Shown here: positions 55,706 through 64,000 of the stretch, in pieces | How positions within the stretch are numbered: the first letter of the stretch is position 1 | Layout of the letters: every line of letters starts with the position of its first letter | DNA from: the human T2T-CHM13v2.0 reference genome, Homo sapiens | NCBI RefSeq assembly: GCF_009914755.1 | Contig: NC_060937.1 | DNA: 64,000 bases | Strand: one strand, 5' to 3' | Translations under genes and position numbers: made by a program | Notes under the pieces: generated by a model | The model's input: the letters and a program-made list of their open reading frames with translations, nothing else | The model's database searches: none | What the model was told of the DNA's origin: nothing

Positions 55706-58700
55706 CACATGGCAGCCCAATAAATATGTGAAGGTCGGGACCATACAGCTACCACCCTAAACAGTACTAAATGCAAACACATACCCTTTCCAAAACCCCA
55801 GCAGGTCTTCTTTTCCCCAAACTAATCATTCTTTGACTCTTCACCCATTATTCATGTGAGAAATTTTCCAGGCACTTCAACATGTCAGCTGAGTGACTGT
55901 AACAATTGGATTTATTAATTCTCCTCTCACAATTTTACATTCTTTATTGAAAAGCGTGATCTAAGTGTTGACTAATAGTCTACATAGTGACACATGCTTA
56001 CTAGTTCCTGTGACCTAAAACAGTATAAACCATGATTCAGAAATTTCTTTTCTTAAAAACTTCTAAACATTATGTCTGCTAGCACAAAATGGTGCAATTT
56101 CTATGTGAAACCTGAAGAATTTCAATTACACATTTTCATCCTTATTGCCATCAAACAATCCCTTTAATCATGCCCCATCTTCCTTACTCCTTCATATGAT
56201 TTTCTATCTTATTGTTTTCCATCATTCTTTCTGTTAAAACTGTAATAGTTTCTTTGGAGAAATTACAGATTTTTCCACTTCTGAGGCATTCCTGCATTGA
56301 GCTCTCATAAACCTCTCTGACATGGTGGGCAATAGACTCAATAATATTTGTGTATGAATTCACTTGTGAATTATGTAAGGCTTACGTATAACATCAAAAA
56401 GCAACTCGGTAAAAATAATTCTATTGAAGATAGTATGATCTAAATGTATAATTTTAGGATGGTTTCAGCTGAGACAAAAATAGCATTGATACAGTGTGGA
56501 GCAATGAATTTCTAAAATTTTTATCTGCTTAACATTTTTCATCAGCACAATTTACACAGAAGCCCAACGTCAGACATCCTTGTTCACATGGAATTTCTGT
56601 GCCTACTTGAGCCCTGTAGAAATCCCACTGTGTTAGTAAACAGCAACAGCAACAAGAAGATTCTAAGCTTGAATTCTCAGTGGCTCAACCAAACCAAAGT
56701 TTGTTGGCTGCTCACATAAAGTTGAATGTCAGTCAGAATAAACTCCTCTATCCTTAACCTATGACACGCATTGCACATAACCTTCAAAGTACTGGAAGCG
56801 GAAAAAGGGAGAACTTGGGAATGAGGCAGGGGCTTTTTATTGCTTCAGCCCCAAATTCACGAATGAGTTGATTCGTGGCACTTCACCTCAGAGTCTCTTA
56901 GATCTTTCCATGTGATCCCACATGACTGGAAGTCTCTGAAATACCTGGGAGTGCATGAATACTTGCTTAGCATTCATTACATCTCTGTTTACAGACTCCG
57001 TTTTGCTTTCTAAGATGCTCCCTGACTCTTGTCAGAAGCTTCACATAACATGCTATAAACACTTATCTAACCAAAATATCACCCTATACCCTATAAATAT
57101 GTACAATGATGTGTCAATTAAAAATTAAAGCAAAAAAGTCCACTGATCTAAAGGGATGATTTCCTCATGCTTCAGATAATTCTTTATGGAATATTAGTCT
57201 CCAATACCAAACTTTTCTTAAGAATTTGGCTGCAAAGAATCCAATGTTGTATTTTCAGAAAGAGACTGGAATGCCAAAATATTGTGCCTCAACAAAAGAA
57301 TGTGTCCCTTTTTGACATTTGGGTCTCTCCGTGACTTCTGACAGAAAGGACAGGCTCACAGGATGCATGGGCATGTCCAAAATTTCATTTCTAAATGATT
57401 TCTGGATCTGCCCTAACCAGGGCATGAGTCTAGAAAATTTCTGACCTCCAGAGTGCAGACAGTGCTTTGTTCTTATTTTGGTCCTTCACATTTAGCTCTG
57501 AATTTAGTACTTGCTGGATTTTAAATTAAGTTTCTTTGACATGAAATGAAATCTTCAGCTGCCTGTTACTTCCAAAGCAGGCCCTCAAGCTCAACACATA
57601 CAAAATTAGTCTTTTCCTCAGAATCTTGTTCTTCCTTCAGAGTTTCCAATTTTCATTACAGATACCACCTGTCAGACAGTCATTTGGGCTTAACATTTTA
57701 AAGTCTGTTCTGGGTCTTCCATATTCATTATTCTCTATAGTCAATCACATTCCGAGGATTGTTGCCTCCAATGCATGCCTTTTTCTCAATTTTATTTTCT
57801 CGTATCAGAGTCATGCACAGATTAGCTCTCAAATGAGCTATTGTAATGGCCTCCTAGCATCTAAACTCTCCTTTTTCCAATTGATGGTTCTGCCAGAGTT
57901 GTCTTCTTAAATCAGAGGTTAGACTGCATTTCTCTAAGTATATTCCAACGACACCAAAATAGTAATTCTTAATAAGTATTACAAGTAGGGAAATACAGAT
58001 GGGAGGGTTTGCTTAGTAAATAAGTTCATAAAATCTAGGTTAAACAAATTTAAATGGGGTTTGCTTTTTGCTGTTGCTTTGTTAATATGCATTTGAAATT
58101 TTTAAAGTGGCATTACATATCCATAATTTCCCTTATCTGTCAAAGGGATCTAGTTTGTTTAGAAGCATTTTTTCAGAACTGCTATAGGTCAAACTTTCAG
58201 AAATTCCTCATTATCAACGGTCAAATCCAGATGGATTTTCTTTGGCTCTCACAACAGGCTTAGAGGAATTTCTAGTCTGTTCTCCTGACATTTCATTATG
58301 TGCTTCTTTGCTCAGGCCTGTTTAACCTACTCAACATGTGTATCTTCTACTCCATGTCTTTATTCTTACTGTTGTTTTAACATGAAATCCTTGTAACCCA
58401 ATTCATAGTTTTTGTTCTTTGGAAAAACCCAAATCATGTATCATGAATACATATTTTTTCTCTATTGAGATTTTCCTGTTTTTATGTATCATAGCCAGAA
58501 GTAATCACTGCATAGAGTATTTCTATAGAAAGATAAAAGAGTTCCATTTTAACACAATATTTACTATACACCCTGCAAAGGTCTGGGTATTTATACATAC
58601 TATTTTATGTATTCATCTCATCCATGCAATGAAGAAATGTTAATAAACCCATTATATATGCTAAAAGGTACCGAAACATATATGCCACACGTCCAAGTTT

Positions 58701-60336
58701 TCTCAGGTATTAGCTAGGGAAGCTGTGTTGTAACAATCTTCAAAACCTTCCTTTCATTGTTTGCACACTATACCAAGTCATTTTGTTTTCATTTCATTTG
58801 TAGTATCTAGTGTATTCTACTGTGTATCATAGTGATTTGTAGTTAGAAGTCATTCCCATTGGAATGTAAGTTCTCTGAAGACTGACACTGTGTATCATTT
58901 GATGTATAACTACCATGATAATTTGCATGTCTTGCTGAATACATGTTAATTTAAACTTGATCAATTTTGTTATATTAGCTGTCCTGGTAGTGTTTTATTT
59001 GCTTGTATATGATGCATCATAGTTTGTCTTCATTAAATATCTCTGGAAACAAGACCATATTGTGTCCCTTGTAGTGGATATGTCCTCTCAAATACCTGAG
59101 CTATGCTTCCCTGGGACCCTCTTTTTGACACTGCTGCTTTAAGATAAGTCTTAGGATTTAAAAGTTATTAAGGAATTTATTTTTAAAAGTGACAAAAGCC
59201 ACTTTTATGAAGTGGCTATAAAACTTCATAGCCTATGTCAGTATACAAAAGAAGAAAATTTTCTAGGTCTGTACCAAAATGGGAAAAATCAGAAGTTAAA
59301 AGAGAGGTTGGCAATGATTTAGAGGCAGAAGTTTTAAAAATAATTAATTGAAAGCATTTTTACATCTGCCTTGCTTAGGTATCAGAAGTGAAGTATTGTA
59401 AAAAATGAGTTAAGTATCAAGAAAAGTTCACAAACACTTTTTTGGGGGTAGGCTCAGGCATGACCCTGGGCCGTGACACATTGCAGATTGCTCTCTAAAT
59501 TATTATTTTGAGAGTAATACTTGCTTTTAAATATGTATTGTAACATAATTGCTTTCTGTGACCGATGTTAGCTGTCTGACGGTCACTGAAAATAGGAATA
59601 CTTCATTTTTATCTTAAAAAACTGGATGTCTTCCAAGAGCAAAGTTGGGATTTAAGTTTTGTTTTGAAACAGAATAGATAGCAGCTGAAGAATTTACACT
59701 GACTCCTGGACAAGCACTGCCCCTTTTTGGCTCATAAACATGAACAGCGTCCCAGAAATGACTTCGATTATTGAATGATGTGTTTGATACTGTTCCTTTA
59801 CTAGGAATAATAAAGATAGATGGTTGAGAGTTCCCATATTCCTTGCAGAGGCAACGGGACCCCAGATGATATCACTTCCTTCAAGTTTCAAGGGTCACCC
59901 TTCACTTCAAGCTAACAGAGCAGTATTCACAAACATACCAACATTGACCACAAGACATTCAGTCTTCTCTCAGTTTCTTATCTCCAGATCTACTATGGAA
60001 AATAATAGATACGCATAATAGATAAGTGATTTGCTCTTTATCCAAAATAAAAATTTACACAGGGTTTTAAGCTGAGGGGTATGTGAGCTAGATTTGCATT
60101 TGGAAAAAATAATTGCTCTGACTGCAGTAGGCAGAGTAGATTAAATGGGAGCTAAATAGATATGGGAAGATGACTTACTGAATCATGGCAGCAGGTCGTA
60201 ACAGTACTGTGGATTAGGATAGTGAAAAAGAAAGGCAAGATAGGTGAATATGAAAGCCATGGATATACTCTTATGGATAAGAATAATCTCATCTGAATTG
60301 CTAATCATTTGGCTCTGAGGAGAGTGGGACATATGG

Positions 60337-60703
60337 TATTATGGTCTAAATGTTTGTGTCTTCCAAACTTCATAGGCTAAAATCCTAACCCCCAAAGCAA
60401 TGTTATTAAGAAGTGGGACATTTGGGAGATGATTAAGCCATGACTGCAGAGCCCTCATAATTGGAATTAGTGCTCTTATGAAAGAGAAACCAGAGAGCTA
60501 CTAGTTCCTTCCACCATGTGAGGACACAGCAGTAAAGCATTGTATATGAAGCAGAAGGGTGGCCCTTTCCAAATATTGAATCTGCTGGTACCTTGAGTTT
60601 GGACTGTCAGCCTCTAGAATTGTAAAGAAATGATATTTTTTGTGGTTTATCAGGCATCTAGATTTTGTGGATTTTGTTATAGGATCCTGAACAGACTGAG
60701 ACA
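60337..60703 (+). mobile_element. MLT1A-like solo LTR within L2-like sequence
   Basis: tatggtctaaatgtttgtgtc...aaatcctaaccccc...ccttccaccatgtgaggacacagc...gaacagactgagaca. Confidence 0.85.
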
Positions 60704-63184
60704 CATTGTATCAGGAACAGCCTTTAGGTTTTTGGCTTAAGTTTGATTGATGGGTGGTATAATTTCCCAAAATAGAAGTCACTGGAACACAGCTAATGCA
60801 TGGGAGGAGCATTCGTTTACCTTTAGATGTTAAATTTGAAATGTTTTTGAGAGTTAATGTCAAGTGCAAAATTGACTTTGCTGGTTTTGACCTTAAAGGA
60901 TAAGTTAGACCTATAAACTGTATGACAAATCACCAGAGGAAATAGATCTCATAGATATAGATGAAATTGCCTAGGGAAATACTATAAAGTGACAAGGGAG
61001 TTGGGTCTATGACTGAGCCTGGAGGAAGAAACCCAAGATGTAATGTACCCAGGTAGAGAAGTATGAGATCCTTACAAATATTACTCACTTAATTTTGAAA
61101 AAGCTTCCTCCCTGTTTCCCACTCCTATCTTCACTCTGTATATCAACAGATTTTAATTACCAAGGTATAGATATTTGTGACATAACAGTGATTGTATTAA
61201 CTAGGATAAGCAAACTGTTATAAAAGATGATGCTCAAGTCTCTCTGTCTTGCCGTGATAAGTTTCTGTCTCACCAAACCAACCAATAAACCTAGGTCACA
61301 AGCTTTGCACTGAAGAGTGACTCAAGGATGCAGGCTTCTTCCATCATGTGGATCTTGCCTCCTTTGCCTTAATGGAGTCCTCTTCATTCAGGTAGTGGGT
61401 AAGGAATGGGTAAGCTGAATCACACAGTAGGTTTTAGTAGGATTTGCTTGGGGGTAACCTATAACGTTTCTGCTTATTTTCCACTGACAAAAGCTCAACA
61501 ACATGGCCGTCTGAGTGCAAGAGAGGCTGGGAAAAGTAACAAATTAATTTTGATGACCACAAAGCATCATTTTTGCCACAGAAATCTAGCCAGAGTTAAA
61601 GAAACTTGTAACGAAAGTATACATATTTGGTTTTTTATAATTTTTCTTTCTTAAAGCATACAGTCTTGTTATTATTCAGTCTACCACATAAGGGGATGTA
61701 TCCAACATGTTCCATTGTTTAGAGAGAATAGGAAACAAATAGTCATGTCATCATTCTAGGATTTTCTTTGCTCCAGGATCTCAAATAGATATCTCCTCTG
61801 AAATTGGCTCAGGTTTCTAAGAAAATAGATAGATAGAAAGGAACAAATTTAAGCATGGGAGTCAATTTGTTTGAGAGTCTGCATCCTTTCCTGATGGGGC
61901 CTTGGGAGCCATCTACTAAGCAGCTGGAGATGAATTCCACTGCAGCTTTGACATTTTCCAAGCCAGTCATCCATTCTTCCCTGCTTACCACTAGGGCTCT
62001 CAAAATTATGCATATCTAAGTACTATATGTGAGCTGTTGCTCTACTGCTGACGGCTTATCTCATATGCACAGTGGTGGAGAGCTGCACCACACAGTCTTC
62101 CATTAAACAGATCTGAATGCATTCTGGCTTATTTGTTGTTCAAGATTTTACCCAGATATATCCACAACAGACAAACACAGTACATCTTATCTTCCCTAAT
62201 TTAAATGACAAATCTTTGATTTCTCTATGCCTATGACCCTTGACAAAGAAGGCAGTTTGGTCAACTATCATGTAACAACCACTCATGTAAAGGTGTCCCA
62301 TTAGCTTGGGAGTCCCTCTTTCTCTTGAGTTATTTTCATTCAAATATCTTAACTTTGATGAACATAAACACATTATGTTTGATGAGAGAGAAAAAGGATG
62401 GCAATTATTTCTTTGAAAATGTTAAAAGTATATTGGACAATATAGGTCTCTTTTTACGTGATGTTTCTGATTAGATTTAGCTGAGCTTTTACAGAAGAGC
62501 GAGTTGGAGGTGGGAAATTGGGCCAGCAAGTTACCATCTGTGGCACAATGTTGAAATCCTCACCGGTAAATGCCTTAATATTGATCTTTTATATGGGTTT
62601 GAAGAACTGTCATGAAGATCTATTGACTTATATGGCTACAGATGAAGCTTGCAGATACTGTTTTCCAGATTGTATTTTTCCACACTAGGTTTTTACAAAA
62701 ATATAGTTGGGCTTGTTTTGAAAGATACATTAGGAGAGAGAAAATGGATTTCCAAGATTGGATAGACAGAAACACCAGGTTCAATTTATGACTTCATTCT
62801 GAATTGTATATAGGTTTATTTAGACCGGATAAGACAAGCAAATATAAGTGGAAGCTAGAAAGATAAACCTTAGGGTGTAAAATAGCAATGGCTCAAAGAT
62901 CTAAGACATTTTATTATCTAGAGAGGCGCAGAAGTCTAAGCACCCTTCATTTTCCTGTATGAGAAGTGAGAAAATACCTGTATGAACCCAAAACCTGACC
63001 CCCTTATACTGGTAACACATCTGATATGTAAGTATGTTGATATTCCCCTATATGTATTTGAATAATATTTTATGAACTGAGAATTCATGAGACCATTTTC
63101 AAGTACAATGGGAAACTTTGGAGATTTCCGGAGCAAGTTCAGCTGAGATTTGTGGCAGCCTAGAGCTCAGAGATCTATACTAAG

Positions 63185-63605
63185 TGTGTTAGTCTGTTTT
63201 CATTGCTAAAAAGGAATATCTGAGATGGGGTAATTTATAAAGAAAAGAGGTTTATGGTCTCATGGTTCTGCAAGCTCTACAGGAAGCATATTGCCATCAT
63301 CTCCTCCACTGCCGGTAAAGCCTTAGGGAGATTTTACTCATGGTGGAAGGTGAAGAAGGAGCAGGCATGTCACATGGCAAGAGACAGAGCAAGAGAGAAA
63401 GAGGGGAAGTGCAACACTCTTTTAAACAATCAGAACTTGTGTGAACACAGAGTGAGAACTCACTCATTACCACAAGGCAGGCACCATGCTATTCATGAAG
63501 CATCCACCCTCATGACCCAAACACTTCCGACCCGGCCCCAACTCCAGCATTGGGGATTACATTTCAACATGAGATTTGGAGGGGAAAGACATCCAAACCA
63601 TATCA
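63185..63605 (-). mobile_element. MSTA/MSTB solo LTR
   Basis: TGTGTTAGTCTG...CATCCAAACCATATCA with perfect TSD CTAAG (63180-63184, 63606-63610). Confidence 0.92.
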
Positions 63606-64000
63606 CTAAGATTGATTCCTTTGAACTAAGAGCTCTAGTGATGCTCTACCAGTTTACAGAATAGATGTCAAGGCCACTGCCTACTGGCCAATGTTTAAAG
63701 AGCATCCTGTACCCAGAAGATTCAGGGATGGAAAGTAAAAATGTAAGCATTTGATTTCTTCCTATAAGAAAGGTACTTAATTCTTCCATGGTATATTTTA
63801 TCTGTCCTTATGAAACTTGCCTCCTACTTACATCACTGTTTGCTATTAAAAAATTGACAAATGTAGGTATGTTAAAGTGTCTATATAAATATTAAATACA
63901 TATTGGTATACATTGGGCAAAAGACAGATGCTTTAAAATTATGTGAAATATCCTTGAATGATAGTTTTAGTTTTCTGTTTTCTTAGTGATAATGAAAAAG

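Noticed and set aside
63254-63664. 136-aa ORF
   Set aside because: Lies almost entirely in an antisense MST LTR.

Overview
AT-rich, CpG-poor, repeat-dense primate (human or close ape) genomic DNA, not microbial. The only coding sequence is a 121-nt internal exon at 33004-33124 (+), encoding (S)YTQRVVGNGIKAQSGNPEVKVKGIDPVINQIIDKLKHVVQ. I recognise this as glypican-5 (GPC5, exon 6 by recall), so the rest of the window is most likely the two flanking large introns. The introns hold three two-LTR THE1 (ERVL-MaLR) elements, a THE1 solo LTR, a ~5.8-kb ERV1/MER4-group element with a tRNA-Leu PBS, MST/MLT1/LTR16-type LTRs, about ten Alus, L1/L2/MIR remnants, mariner MITEs and microsatellites. None of the supplied ORFs is a credible gene. 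I see no evidence for a new multi-gene system. The points worth checking are small-scale: a DUX4-type 11-mer intact in all 7 THE1 LTRs, a sense THE1A LTR with an intact splice donor upstream of the exon, a locally templated insertion inside an Alu monomer, a ~390-bp local duplication upstream of the exon, a twin-primed L1, closely spaced inverted Alus and template-switch hairpins. Repeat subfamily names come from remembered consensus sequences and need RepeatMasker/Dfam confirmation.
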